64,000 nt of DNA from Phoronis australis. Lineage: Eukaryota > Animalia > Phoronida. Of this stretch, positions 38,001-51,900 are shown in pieces (position 1 is the first letter of the stretch; each line of letters opens with the position of its first letter). The stretch is from NCBI GenBank assembly GCA_002633005.1, contig NMRA01000068.1, positions 1,009,092 to 1,073,091 of the forward strand. Direction: 5' to 3'. The position numbers and the translations under genes are program-made. Under the pieces are notes generated by a model, which was given only the letters and a program-made list of their open reading frames with translations, had not been told where the DNA came from and did not search any database.

Positions 38001-41000
38001 TCAACAAAATGGCAAAAATTGGTGTGAAAGTACGTCACAAGGTCTAAGTTTAAACATCAACCATACAGGACACTGGACTTCCATCACAACTTACCTGCTC
38101 AGGTACTGTGGCTGGCTCTGTGAAGATAGTTTTCCAGTAGGCCCACATAAACATAATGAAGAGTGGGTGGTACAGAATGATGTATATGACTGGAACACAT
38201 TATGACAAACACTGAACAACACATTTTAAAATGGCTCAATTTTTACAATCGTTTGATATTCATCTTAACAGAAGCAAAAAATAACATAGACACCCATGCT
38301 CACGCCAACGTCCTTTACTTTGGAAAATGTTCTGAATCAACTAAGCACCTACATACTGCCCGCCCCTACTTTTGAAATCCATGACTAAACGCTCTCTAAA
38401 AATTTAGCACCCACCCATCCAAGGATTCACTACATTATTTTCAAAATGGTAGAAACTAACTAAAGATTAGAATTTGCATATAACCTAAGAGACAAAACGT
38501 CCCTGGTTTTGAAAAATTAGGCTTGTAAAGTTTGAAAAATGAAGAGTGATATGCTACTAACCATTTGTTTTAAGTGTGCTCTAAAGCACTGATCATTTAT
38601 AAACGTCTTGGTTTCAATAAGGGCCATGCGGAGCATTGACATGCAATGCACACAAGAGATGATCATGATTTTAAACAAGCTCACTAAATGGAGTAATGCT
38701 ATTAAACTTAGTAATAGTCTCAGACTAGGGGGAGCAAAGCAAATCAAAAATACTGTCCTCAATAGGAACACCAGTCACATTTCATAACCACTCTTCAAGA
38801 AGTTTGGAAGATAAGGAGGCAGACAGCAGAGTTCACAAAAAACAATAGACAGGCAACTACGGGGTGCAACAGAGCTTACATCCATCTGAAACAGGGCTGA
38901 TGCTGTTATTTGCACGATAGTGTACTATAGCCTTTTGCCAAACTTCATGAACACCCATCAAGGAACTTAGTAGATATCAAGGCAAAGTAAACAAAAATTG
39001 CCACCAGGCAACTCCGCAGTTGTCTGATTTGTCCCAAAATCCACATCATTCATTGTATAGAAAACAAAGATGTATTGAGCCACGGGTAAAAAGTAAAAAA
39101 AGTCATGAGATGGCGCCACAGCTGTTGCACCTCCTCAAAAATCATCAGCCATGAACTTCTCAGAAGGAACACATGCCAATTTTTATAACGATCCTTGTAG
39201 TGATTTGGTGTTATGTTAGCCTGTCGCCAATGTGACTGGGGAAGTATCTTTTGGCAAATATTTTGAATTTTGAATATGAAGTGCAATTTGAGAGGTCGTA
39301 CAGTATGGTCCTCAGATTAAACACCAATTTCTGATCATAAATGCCCATGTCTGTTTAAACCTAATGTATTCCTACAGAGATCTTCAAGAGCAAGCAAATG
39401 TTTCATGATATTTTACCTTTTTCAGCAACACTAATTGGTGGGTCAAGAACTGAAAGACATGAAAACATTATAATTAAAATCAGGTGACCTACTAGTAAAT
39501 AATGAACATAAAGGTCATTTAAAACAAACTTCATACTTCTTAAAACATAAAGAAAATACCTTCATTCACAGTGGAAACTAAAAAATGTCCTATGATATGA
39601 ATGTCTGCAAATAATACTAATGCATATATTTTCTCTCAAAATCTCATCTGCAATTATAGTAACTTTATTCTGGTAAAAACAATCAGGTCGGAGAATTTCC
39701 CAACAGAAATGCTACGGCACCAACAGGTATTACAGAGAAATTCTTCTCAAATACAGAACTAATTTTTAAATACCACTCAGGTCAATTGGTGAAGTGGTTC
39801 TAAATCCATATTCATTACAAAAAACAGTGTTCGGCTACGGGCACTTAATGCTATGAAATTAGTCACAGTTTAAATCAAAATTTTGCTTATTTGATGGAAA
39901 GCGTGTTTGTAGTCGAATTTTAAGCATTCCTAGCAGTCCTTTGTCTAGCATCATGTATTAGCTGATGTACAGACCTATTCGGTCATGGTTCAAATCATTA
40001 TTAATGTGATAATTGCTCTGCTCCACAAAAAGGAAATTGCAAGCCCGTAGCCTGCATTGCGCAGGGGGTGGTTCGAATTTCTGGAACGGTGGATTTTTGA
40101 TATTTTGCAAAGGCCGACCCGGTATAGTTTTCAGTAGCTTCAGTAGGGGGAAGGGAAATCTGTATGCCCAACAATAACTCTCAGCTCTTTGGTCCTGAGA
40201 TGAGACGAAAATGAGGACTACCATGACGCTTGCTCGTAAAAAATTGGGAGTCAAATTCGGATCCAGAACTAAGATAACGTTCTTGCGTTACCGTCCGCCA
40301 AACTTTCAGATCAAGCATACTAAATACATACTCCGACGGATTTTTTTAGTCTGAGAATGACTCGACCAAATTTTTATTTGGCCGTATTTTTGCGTGATAC
40401 TTATATCACTGGAAATGGGAACATCCCACTATTCTGAAGGTTCACTACTCCGAAGGTTCATTACACTGAAAATGTCTAAAATTTCGATCCCAGGATTAAT
40501 TTTTATACTTTTGCAAGCAAAAGTAAATGATACTTCGATTATTAGATGAGCTGAGTGGTGTACCTATACTGAAAACAACATCTGGTACCTATTGATTTCA
40601 TGTGCATGCGAAAATGCCAGCACGTCTTACGAATACGTTCTTGTATTGTTAAAAGGATACCAAACCCGGATTTGGTTTTTGACCTTCCCATCCCGCTCTT
40701 TGAGACAAAATAATACTCTCTAATCATTAACAACCCTCAAAAGTTTGCTGAGAAATTTGAAAAGTCCTTTCAAAGTTTGCTGACCGGGCAAGCGTGACCT
40801 ACGCTTTTTGCGAATTACACAACTGTGGGGAAAGTCCACCCACCAAGGATCACATTCTCCAAACTGTGACATAGATTTATGAATTTTCAATTGAATCCTT
40901 CCTTAAAAAGGAATCTAAACCCTATTTTTATGATTACTTCATTCACTCACTTTCTGATGCATCATTGGTGTCACTGCTTGAAAGACAAAGCAGAAATCAG

Positions 41001-41959
41001 CTAACACTTCATACCCACTATCGCAAATTGGACATTATGGTCCTTGGGTTGTCGTTTCCCACAGAAGCCGGGGGTCACGCTTGCCCCTTTAGCAGAATTT
41101 GTAATGAGTTTTCTAATTTTCCTCAAAACCCGGCGATTCCTTACGTCCAGGGCCTGTTTGACTGCCTCAAGAGGACATTTAAACAGTTTGACATTTCTAT
41201 TATCCACTAACCCTTTAATTCTCTCCGCAGCCAACTGGTTAATGTCAAGGACACGACCCCCAAGGTGAATAAATCATGTGTTGTCTATTGCGTCAGGTGT
41301 ATAGGATCCCCAGTGCTCAGTTACATTGGTGAAACGAAACAGTCCATAAAATGCGTTTGTCACAACATCGTCGTCCTAGTTACAGGGACACTTATGATTC
41401 GGCTATTTTTAGCCACATGTGCGCTACTGGACATGATTTCAATACGGATGATGTTAGTATCTTAGACTGTGAGGAAGACTGGTTCAAAAGGGGTGTAAAG
41501 GAAGCTCTCCATGAGCGTATTGAGAGTCCTCTTTAAATAAAAGAGGTGGTTTACGATTCGATTTGTCACACGTATGGGATGGTGTACTAATTTTCGTAAG
41601 TTTTAATTCCAGTATTAGACTCAAACTTGATCCATTTGACTGAGTATTTTCAAAAAAATAGTGATTTTTAGGAACCATTGCATTTTCCAGCTGCCAGCAC
41701 AAGTTATGCTGACAAAATACAGGGCATCCACAAAATTATCTTGTCAAGTTGTCAGGTCAGTGTGACATGAAGTCGTGTAAATTACTTCACATTATTAACA
41801 GCGATCGATAGGAAATAGATCCATTCGTTCTACTTCTCAGTACTTACGAAAACAGAGATTGATTACATAAGCATAATATGACCATGCTATCACAGATACT
41901 ATAAAAATGACAGGAAACCATCGGAAGAATGCCAGGCAGCAACTCAAAGCTCCAGCCAT
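31021..41959 (-). CDS. DHHC palmitoyltransferase, ZDHHC2/15/20 group; exons 41959-41848, 39449-39417, 38189-38095, 37866-37740, 37447-37378, 36967-36935, 36613-36493, 34151-34028, 33003-32877, 31098-31021; terminal exon(s) uncertain (candidate starts at 28829)
   Basis: Spliced translation with consistent GT-AG phases: [19 protein letters not shown]...WSYYAYV...[36 protein letters not shown]...[10 protein letters not shown]...[13 protein letters not shown]...YNLG...[19 protein letters not shown]. Confidence 0.95.
32046..32175. repeat. 34-bp tandem repeat, about 4 copies
   Basis: ccctacaggtacttcaggtgttacagttgtacca units. Confidence 0.92.
33238..33765. repeat. 39-45-bp C/A-rich minisatellite
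   Basis: cttcactatcacacctcacagctacaaccccagtacac units. Confidence 0.92.
35755..35768. other. Assembly gap (N run); single Ns also at 16024 and 46909
   Basis: Ns present in the sequence. Confidence 0.99.
37455..37692. repeat. About 31-bp tandem repeat filling ZDHHC intron 4
   Basis: atacagtggtcatttacaccatgacattat units. Confidence 0.88.
40960..41585 (+). mobile_element. Penelope-like retroelement remnant (RT C-terminus plus GIY-YIG endonuclease), degenerate
   Basis: Frameshifted pieces IPYVQGL...[23 protein letters not shown]...[16 protein letters not shown]...[14 protein letters not shown]...[25 protein letters not shown]. Confidence 0.88.
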
Positions 41960-42980
41960 TTTGTTAGATTACTTTAGTTTCCTGTTTGACTGGCCTGCGT
42001 TCAGTAGACGCTAGGACCTACGCTAGGATCTACCTAAAACCTAGTCAAAGTCACGTGCTCTCATTAGAAATGCACGGCAATATCTCACGTAATCTCGCGA
42101 AGTCTTGCTTTTTAGGGAGGTCCTAGTGTTACTGAACGGGAGGCTGCGTTCCGTCTACGCAAGAATCACGCGATGGAAGTTTTTCGTGTTTCATGTGCTT
42201 TGTTTAGGGTTGAAGTCGACATCTCGTGAAGCTATGCGTTATTTAATAATTGTTTGAGGTTCTCGCGTCTACGGAACGCACCATGGGAGTGAAGCTACGG
42301 TCTCTGATGAAACACTGAAGGGATACGAGGTCTAAGTTAGAAATATTACCCGAATTTTAAAGCGTAATGCCCGTCATATCAATTGTAATTAATCTTTGTG
42401 TCAAGAAATGAATGACACGAATCGAAAAATTGACAGCGACTGCAAGCAGAATCATCTTGATTTTCCCGCTGTTTAGTAGACTTGTCTATAGTTTATCCAT
42501 GTAAAACAATTTATTTTGGGTTTCAAGCGTGAGCTACAAGCCCACTTTCCGATTTCTACGCTCAGAATCACATTCTGATCAGTATGTTATGTAACAACGA
42601 CGAGAATGAGCGATTTTAGCCGATAGATGGCTCTCTATGTAGTCACGTGAAATATTAGCCTTGTTCAATTGGTCAAATTCTACGAGGCAACCAAGCAGCG
42701 CTCATAAACATTCAATAGGGCCTACATGGTTGCCGCATTGTTGGTTTGTGTGCCGAGTCTTTCAAGTGAACAGTCGGAGTTAATTACGTCGTCATTCGTG
42801 TTCATTTCCTTCTGATGTTACAGTAGAAAAACTGGTCGAGGAAAGTTGAATCGATGTGGATCTTTCTTGTCCGACAGATTTGGCAAACAAGTGCTTGAAT
42901 TCTGACCAATCCGTCACCCAGTGGCTTTCAGTGGTGTGCACCCACCAGCTGACCTAGGCTATAACTCAAGTCTCAATATC
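41960..42980. promoter_or_regulatory. Probable bidirectional promoter between ZDHHC and VWA3B-like genes
   Basis: About 1 kb of CpG-richer sequence between divergent ATGs; E-boxes gtcacgtg near 42049 and 42641; tctcgcga near 42093. Confidence 0.6.
41993..42282. mobile_element. Two adjacent short MITE-like inverted-repeat elements (Harbinger-like termini)
   Basis: gcctgcgttcagtagacgctaggacct...aggtcctagtgttactgaacgggaggc and gctgcgttccgtctacgcaagaa...ttctcgcgtctacggaacgcacc. Confidence 0.65.
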
Positions 42981-45900
42981 ATGGAAGTGGAAGATACAAT
43001 CGAGAAAGACATCTATGCCGTTGATGTGCATAAGGCAAATGCATATTCTGAAAGTGAGTATCTCGCTACAGAAATGTGTTTGGGGCTGATTTACTTATTA
43101 CTATTAGACCCTTCAGGCTTCACTGACTGTCCCTGATCAATGTTATTGACACTTTGACAGTAATAAATAATAAAACCAATTTGTTATTTGAAGTCATCAC
43201 ATTCATGATACTTGCGAAATGATTTGGGTCCTTAGATTCAGGGAGGTAAATCCTCCGAAAAATTCTTTCAAGTTTGGGGATATTTGAAAATTTTTTCACA
43301 ATTAACAGCTCGGTCGCTGTAGCCAGCTGAGGAACACCTCAGCCCTTTGCCATGGTTGTGCTAATCTCATTCGCATCCCATGTATTTTAAATGGGCGGTA
43401 TGCCAAATTCGCTCACCAAACGAGAAGTCTTCACCTCATCAAAAGTGTATTTCACACTTAAAAACGTCACTTTTAAAAAGCACTTACAACGATCTTTTCT
43501 GGTACATATTCTCGATGAAGCATGATGTACAAGAATTGATATGACTTTGGCGTACACAGCGATGTAATTGCCTATAGCTTACAAGCTGTGAAGATCTGAT
43601 GACAAAAAAGATAGGAGTCGCTGTGTATTAACTTTGTGTTCACGTAGAACTAGAAATTACTTAATTCCCAGATAGTTCTATTTGTCACCTCATCATAAAA
43701 GTTAAGAACTTATTACGACTCGCCAAGGGTGCTAGCAAAATCTGCGACTCAATTGACACCTTGCCTGCTATAGCTGTTCAAATGAAAAACGATCTGAATG
43801 TCATTTTCTTGTGTTATTCTCCAGCTTTTGTAACTAAGAAAATACTTTAGGTGACTTTTACACAATACGCTTGAGACACGCACACGTGCCATTTGCTAAA
43901 TTTTTTGTGACATTTTTTGGGAGATGACAGCTTCGTCAAAGCAAAATTTGCTGAGAAATTCAGTTTGCCAGTATTAGAACACTAAACGAAGCGAAAACAA
44001 TTCTGATAATAAAAAACCTTGTGCAAGAACAGATGTTTGTAGAATCGACTGAAAAATATATTGGCCAATACTAGCTGTGGGTGACTCGTAAGATAGCTCT
44101 TAAAATTTAGCAGCAGAATATAAACGTAGAACTGCATTTTTTGCACCAGTAGTTAATTTAGTGTACCCAAGGAAGAATGTAGTTTTGTGTCAGTATTTAT
44201 TTGATTACTTTTTACCCACATCATGGCTTAAACTTATTTTATTGACTGCATCAAAAGATAGGGTTTTTCAGAATTAGGTAACTGTGTTTCCTAATTTGTA
44301 TGTATTGGTCAAAGTTATCTCGAAATCAAATAATTGCCTGTAATTGGGATCGTGCCTAGTTAGACCATGAGCCTTAGGTTGATGACATTCTGTCCAGGTG
44401 GTCAAGTGTTCTCATGACATCTGCTGGTTTGGAGAGTGCGCTTAATGGGACCACTTTTGCTCAGTGCATTGTGGCTTGTGCTGCACAATATCAAAGTCCA
44501 TTTTTTAAAACATCATGATAAGAGTTTCATCTTGATATTTAAACTGAGATGCCAACATCTCTGCGCCAACATCTCTGCGGTGTTATTAGTGCAATAGAAA
44601 ATGGATGGGCTGAAACTGGCTTTTACTGACAGTGATAAGTGTTTTTGCTGTTTCATTTGAATGATGTAGAGTTCTCATCAGCAAGTCAAGCATCAAACTT
44701 TGATTTCCACATTGTATCAGATAAAAACAATTTTTATATTAGTAGCATGAACATTGGTATAAATTGTTCAAAACTTGAATTTTAATTTATTCACAACATA
44801 GATATTTTTGTGTATTATCACGAATGTTTTACCAGACTTTGTTAAAGATTGATATCAGCTTTTCTCTCAATGGCAACAGTTGATGTAACCTAGTTTAAAA
44901 GTAGACTAATTAAAATGTTGATAAAAATTATCTTCATGGGATGGGCAGTGCTAGCTTGAATAGACAGCTTTGGCTAGACATGTTGAAATGCAAACATCAT
45001 TCTTTGCTTACTGGGTCACAGTGTTTACCTACATTTTCGCATTTTGTCTCGTCACAAGTACGATAAGAACCAGAACTTAGACAGCTGATCTTGCATAAGT
45101 GCACCATGTGAGTTTAAAATTCTGATTTATCATATAAGATCATTAAATTTATGCAACTTTTTAATGTTTTAGAAAAATTAGCCATCCAGAAGATAATGTA
45201 GCTTAAATATGACCTTTGTTCCAAGGGTCCCGTCGACCGTGTTGCGTATTTTTTCAGAAAAGCCATAGTAATCAATTAGTTAAATGAGTGACTCATGTGC
45301 CAAAACTTCTCAATTTCAGTAATAATTCATGAAACCAAATGAGAATATGCTTATCAAAGCAAACAGGAAGAACTGAAAGTTTATGAATCACTGACAGCTT
45401 CTTTCTGTGTTTTTGGTCAGAATAACTTTTGGTGTTAGAAAAAATTACAGATAAGAATTTTTATACCTGGGATATTGATTGTTTTTCAACGGGATGGAAT
45501 CAACAGATTGCCGATCGACACCTATTTCCGCACCCGTATCCATCTGACACTGTGCCTCTGGTAACTCCTGCCTCAGGTATACCTACGGTAAATGTGTTAA
45601 ACCGGCCGCCACTCCCCACTCTGAGGAACAGCTCAGCTAGTGTACTTCTTGTGTTCATTTATGATATTTACCATCACTAGGTGGCAGAGTGGATATATAA
45701 AATGTGATATTTGTCATTTTGTTTTTCTAATATTTGTTTTTACTTTAAGGAGATTTTTTGTTTTTTGATAAATAAATATAAGTTTCAACACGTCCAAAAG
45801 GTTCCATTGTTTGTACAGTATATAAAATGTGCATACCATCACCATCACTATACACATGCATCCTGTGCATTGTTTCAACTCTGCCATGCAATGTTTTCAC

Positions 45901-48900
45901 TGAATTAGTTATGGCAGTCTGGGGGCTCAATTAATTTTGGGACCCCATGTCGAAACGTCTATGAAATATTTATGGTCACATCCCTACTTGTGGTGATATC
46001 ATGTTTTAGTGATGAAATGAAAACTTTTTCCTAATGTCCTTGGGGAGTTGTTAGACAGTGTAAAAGATAATGAAATATTCATGGCCTTTTCAGATTACCA
46101 ACCACAATATTATTGTTTGATTAGATGACAGGTCATATTTTCCCACCATATTAGAGTATCGTGACTTCATCCACTTGGGATTGAAGTCTGACTGATTCCC
46201 ATGAACTGTACTTTATGTTTTACACAAGTCTCATATAGCCACAGATACTGGTGTCAAACTTGTATACGTTACTACCTTGCCTAGTGGTGCTGTGTCATGT
46301 ATTTGTAAATGTTTGTAGGACACAACTTATGGCATTGTGTGTTTTCCTTGGATTTGGTTTGAGGATGCAACTGATCTGTTGGTACGGTTTTCCCTGGGTT
46401 TGAAAGCAGTTGTGGTGAATGCTGGCTGGCAGGTTTCTATGAGAACGATGGAGTTGGCTCTGTGAAGTGACAGAGATGGCTTGAGGGAGGATATGGGATG
46501 GAGAACATTCTTGGGAGACGATATGGGATGGAGAACCTTCTTGGGGGCGAATATGGGATGGAGAACCGCTTTGAGGGAGGATATGAGACAGAAAACCTTC
46601 TTGAGGGAGGATATAGGATGGAGAACCTTCTTGGGAGAGGTTATGGGATGGAGAACCGTCTTGGGGACGGATATGGGACGGAGAACTTCCTTGGGACAGG
46701 ACATGGGGGAGGATGTAGGATGGAGAGCCTTCGTTGGGGAGGATATACGATGGAGAGCCTTCTTGGTGGAGAATATAGGATGAAGGACCTTCCTGGGAAA
46801 GGATATAGGAAAGCGAGCCTTCTTGGGAGAGGTTATGGGATGGAGAACCTCTTTGGGTGAGGATATGGGACGGAGAACCTCCTTGGGACAGGACATGGAA
46901 TGGATAGCNGGCATTTTGGCAGTACCGGTATTTTTTGCATCTGTTATGTGCAATATAATAAGTCATTGTGACATATATTGTGAAACCATGAAGTTTATTC
47001 ATTTTTGCAATGCTACACCTGTACTGAACAAATGGTTGTTTTAAGATGAATTATAATAGTGTATAGATTTACACCAGAGTGTAGCTTAAGTACTCTCTTA
47101 AACACTTAAACAACAAAAAGGTTCCCTCTTAGCAAGCTGCACTCAATCATAGTAAGGCAGATTGTGTAGATATTATTTGTATTTTGGTTTATGTTTAGAA
47201 ATTTTGTAATGGGGGTGAAGCAATAATTTTTTGAATGATGCTTATATAATGCTTTTCTGGCGAAGCCCCAAGATTTTAACACACACCGTGAAAACGTTGT
47301 AAATTGACTAATGCCATCACTTGAGGAATTTGTGCATTAGTCAAAATGATAGCAACTATACTACGTGTCATCAACTGTAGTACAGTACTCGTCATCAACT
47401 AGCCAGAGGTACTTATTATCAACTGTAATACTGTACTAGTCATCGTCAACTGTTGTACTGTACTTGTCATTAACTGTAGTATGGTACTTGTCGTCAACTA
47501 TAGTACGCTACTTGTCGTCAACTGTAGTACTGTACTTGTTGTCAACTGTAGTACAGTACTTGTCATCAACTGTAGTACAGTACTCGTCATCAACTAGCCA
47601 GAGGTACTTATTATCAACTGTAATACTGTACTAGTCATCGTCAACTGTTGTACTGTACTTGTCATTAACTGTATTATGGTACTTGTCGTCAACTATAGTA
47701 CGGTACTTGGCGTCAACTGTAGTACGGTACTTGTCGTCAACTGTAGTACAGTACTAATGGCATCAACTGTAGTACTGTACTCGTCATCAACTAGCCAGAG
47801 GTATACTTATCAGCAACTGTAGTACGGTACTTATTAAGCTGTATTATTACAGTTCTTATCAACAACTGTAGTACGGTACTTATCATCAATTGTTGTACGG
47901 TACTTATCATCAGCTGTAACCGTAATTATCAACTGTTGTACAGTACTTATCGATCATAATGTTAACACCTTCCAGCTGTCAAGTTTGATGTTTCAACCCA
48001 GCCTATTCCATTACCCAGTGATGTGCCCTCTGTCCTGGAAGAACCATCTGACCCGGAGGTCAGTACCAAGTCCAAACCACCCAAACAGTGGGAATTGGAC
48101 GTGAGAGGTATGATCAACACAGAGAAGTGGCTTCAGAACTATGGCTTGCGACGGAACAGGCTTGACATGGCTAGTCTACTTCCAGTAATGGGCTTTAAAC
48201 ACGCACAAGGTGAGACATGACCTGTTCACTGTCTATAGCTAGCTTTAAGGAATGTTCCTTTTTAAAAGGTACAGAATTTCAGTGTATAGTACATTAATTA
48301 TTTTGAAAGTACTCTAAATCTGAGAAAAGGCAGAGAAAAATATTTTTCGTAGTTAATTGTTTGTTTAATTCTTTTTCAAGAAACACTGTAACTATTTTCA
48401 AAATTTTTATGATACTGTTCATGCCAACAGTCATCAGCAATTATAAGCATTGAACCATTATAGCTTCATATTTTGTGACTGGTTGGAGTTAGTCGTTTGT
48501 AGTAATCAGTTTCATAGGGTGTTCTTAGTTGCATTTGGTGATTAGTCGTGATATTGTGTTTTTTGCTTGTAGATTATGATTTTGGACTGAAGAAGCCAAT
48601 CAGTTCTCGCTATGGAGATGGTCTGTTCCAAAAGTTCTCACGCTCAGATGGCCAACAGTTCAATGTAAGTAATTAATTTGTGTGATGGAAATTAAAGAAA
48701 ATTAGAGAGAATTAGTGCTGTGTTAAGTATTTCCTTAATTTTCTATTATAGTCTGCTTTACATTGTTGTTTGGATCACTTAGTCCAACAGTAACGCTATT
48801 CTGCTCAGCTCATGCATTTCAAAAATAACTATTCAGTGTTCCCCTGTTGTTCAGATCACATGCTCCAAAGAGAAGCTCAAACAACTGGAACACCGGCTGC

Positions 48901-51900
48901 AGCAGGCTATCATTCTCTACAAACGCCGCCTGGAATGGCTGACTACGGAGAGCAGACGTATATTTGGGGTCATTGAGGAACACTGCATTACCATTGTACT
49001 AGACATCAGGAACCTGTCACCTCAACAGTTTGATCAGTACAGATGTGCTGTGGAGCGAGTGTTGAAAGAGCAAGTGTCTCAATTGGCCAAGTTTAACCTT
49101 ATCAGGTAAGTGGACAACATAATTAAAGGGAGCCACATGGGACTGTTTGGTCAGTGTTCTCAATATTAGAGTCGGACACTTCTGTTTAAACCTCATATCG
49201 AGTCATCTTCCTTTTGTTCTCTACTTGTGATAGTTACACAAAATGAATGTCATCTGTGTTGTACAAAAGTGCAAAGATAAGTATTGCTCACACTATTGTG
49301 CAACTGCATGTGTCACTCTTTGTGTCTTTGTGGCCATGTCTGGTACATTAAGTCTGGAGTCATTGATTTTTGAAACATGACATCTCCGACTGTGAATTGT
49401 AATGTTCCTAGTTGCCTTTAAATGCTATCCTGATTTATTGTGTGTAGGTCAGGTGAAGACATGGTGATGTACCAGCCTGAGGCAGTGCCTGTTACACAAG
49501 ACACCATGATAGGTGCCATTAGTTGGCTCTGGTCTCTTGACAGACTCGCTCCATTCTCAAAGACGGCTACTTGTGAGGCACTTATAAAGGCGCTAACTGA
49601 CAGAAATGTGAGCTTTCATTTATTGATATGGCAGTTTAAGAAACTGTTGAAAACGAGTTACATGTTATTACTAATCAGAAGCTCTGTTCATGCTCTGACA
49701 CTAGTTTCGATTGGCTCAACTTGCACTAGTTTAAGTGTAGGTCTGCATACAACTTTATGGTGTAATAATTTTCATTTCAGATTTCACAACTATCTGTATC
49801 AGATTCCCATTAACAAATTTGTCTCTTGATAATTATTGGTGGAGACACAATTCATGCTTTTTGTCACTTTGAACAATACTAAGACTGTAGCTGAACGCAT
49901 ATGTTGGCCTGATTTTGAAATCCAAAACCAAAACTGTAATATCAATATTGGTCTGTTAGTTGTCATGTGTAATAACATGCTTAATATGCACTTTATTTCA
50001 GATTGAGTCAATCTATTTGTTCACTGAGGGTTCATCAAGTGAAGGATCTCGTGAGATCCTGCGAGAGAACCTGACTGCTGGTAAAATCCCTGTACATGTG
50101 GTCTCTTACAACTGCTCTGACTCGGCCACTATTCATTACTTGAAGCAGCTGGCTACAGTTACTGGTGGCAGGTAAGGTCGGTCAGGCTCACAGTCCAGCA
50201 AACTTTCTCCACTCCTTTGGCGTCCATGACAGTTTCCACAATGCATTCTTACCACACCAATAATGGTCTAAGTCATGTTGTTCACAATGCTACTTACTGT
50301 ATATTGATGGAAACGATGTTGCATTTGTAACATAATCTCCATGATAAGTGGCAAGTACTATTCAATAACATTCCTTTATTGTTTGTTTTGTGTGTGAACA
50401 AGTCCGTTATCACCAGCTGCTACTTTTTGCTCTTTTTCCATGTATTGATTTGTCAACTTATTTAAATAAGGTACTATCGCCGGTTTATAGTAAAAGGGAC
50501 CATGCCGTGTCTGCTGCCATAAATCATCACAATATTCTTCAGTAAAACGTGTTCATTGCACTTAATTGCTAGCAAAAAGTTTTTACACATTCCTTAGACA
50601 CATTGTTTTCTTCTTTTCTGATTATGTGTGAGATTTCATCTGTATAACAGCAACGGGCTATTTTTTGTACCAGGTTTCATGCCTATGCTGTTGTAATGGA
50701 GATGGACTCTTATGAGGGTCTCCCAGTAGACATGAGGCGCAACAGGGCCAACATTGTGTTGAAAAAGAAGACTTACGGGGGCGTGCCCCAAGGAGCAGGG
50801 GTCAGGACAGATGTGTTGGACCTGTTCCAGGAGTTGGAGGAGGCGCGCAATAACTTGGCTCAAGTACAGGCACTAGTGGCTGCAACACCCGACCCAGGGG
50901 TGGGATATGGTGGGTACAGTGTAGGGGTGAGGGGTTGGTACATTGTGGGGGTGATATATGGTTAGAATATTATTAGGCTGGGTTATTGTGGGTACATTGT
51001 GTTGGGTGGAATATAATGACTACATTATGTGAGATATATGGTGGGTAGGTTATGGGGGTAGGATAAGAGGTGGGTACATTGAAGGGGGCTGTGATGTGGG
51101 GAGTTCAGTATAGCGTGTGTTATGGGGTGGGTACATTATGGGGGTGGGATATAGTGGGTGTACTACATGACTTAACCACAAGCAAATTAGTTGCATAGTA
51201 GTCATATACTCACTGCCTGGTAGATGGGTCTTTCAACATCATTTTGATTGCAATAATGCCAACCTTTACTTGATTCAGTCAGGATATTTGTGCTATTAAA
51301 CATGTTTGTTCTTTCTGTGCCTGTATGACACGACTAATTTTTACAGAAATATCCCAAAGTAGTATTCCTGCACAGAATGAATCTCGTGAGCGAGGGGAAC
51401 AGTACATGAGCTCTAAAGAGTGGCTGTCAAGGAATGGTCTGGTTGCCAAGAAGCTTGGTTTCTATGACATCTTGTCTGGGGTTGCATTCAAGCATTGCGA
51501 TGGTGTTGTAGATGTGAGAGAGAAACCATGTGAAGCTGACATGCAAACGGATGCTGTAAGTTACACCTGACATCTCATGTCGTAGACTACTGTCATGTGT
51601 CACAGACTATCTGTGCGTTACACCTGACATCTCATGTCGTAGACCACTTTCATGTGTCACAGATCATCTTTGTGCTACACTTGACATCTCATATCATAGA
51701 CCACTGTAATGTGTCACAGACCATCTTTACGTTTCAGTTGACATCTTGTGTCGTAGACCACTGTAAGTTGAGGTGACTTCAGATGTCTCAAAACTATATT
51801 GCGTGTGTCGCAGACCATCTTTACAAACTATTGTTCATGTATGAAGACCATGTTGTTTACAGTTTGTTCATTGGGATCTGGAATCAGTCCTAGTCCAAAC

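Noticed and set aside
46295-47044. Long overlapping ORFs (235 aa, 208 aa and others)
   Set aside because: Produced by a 30-bp stop-poor minisatellite in a VWA3B intron; open in several frames on both strands.
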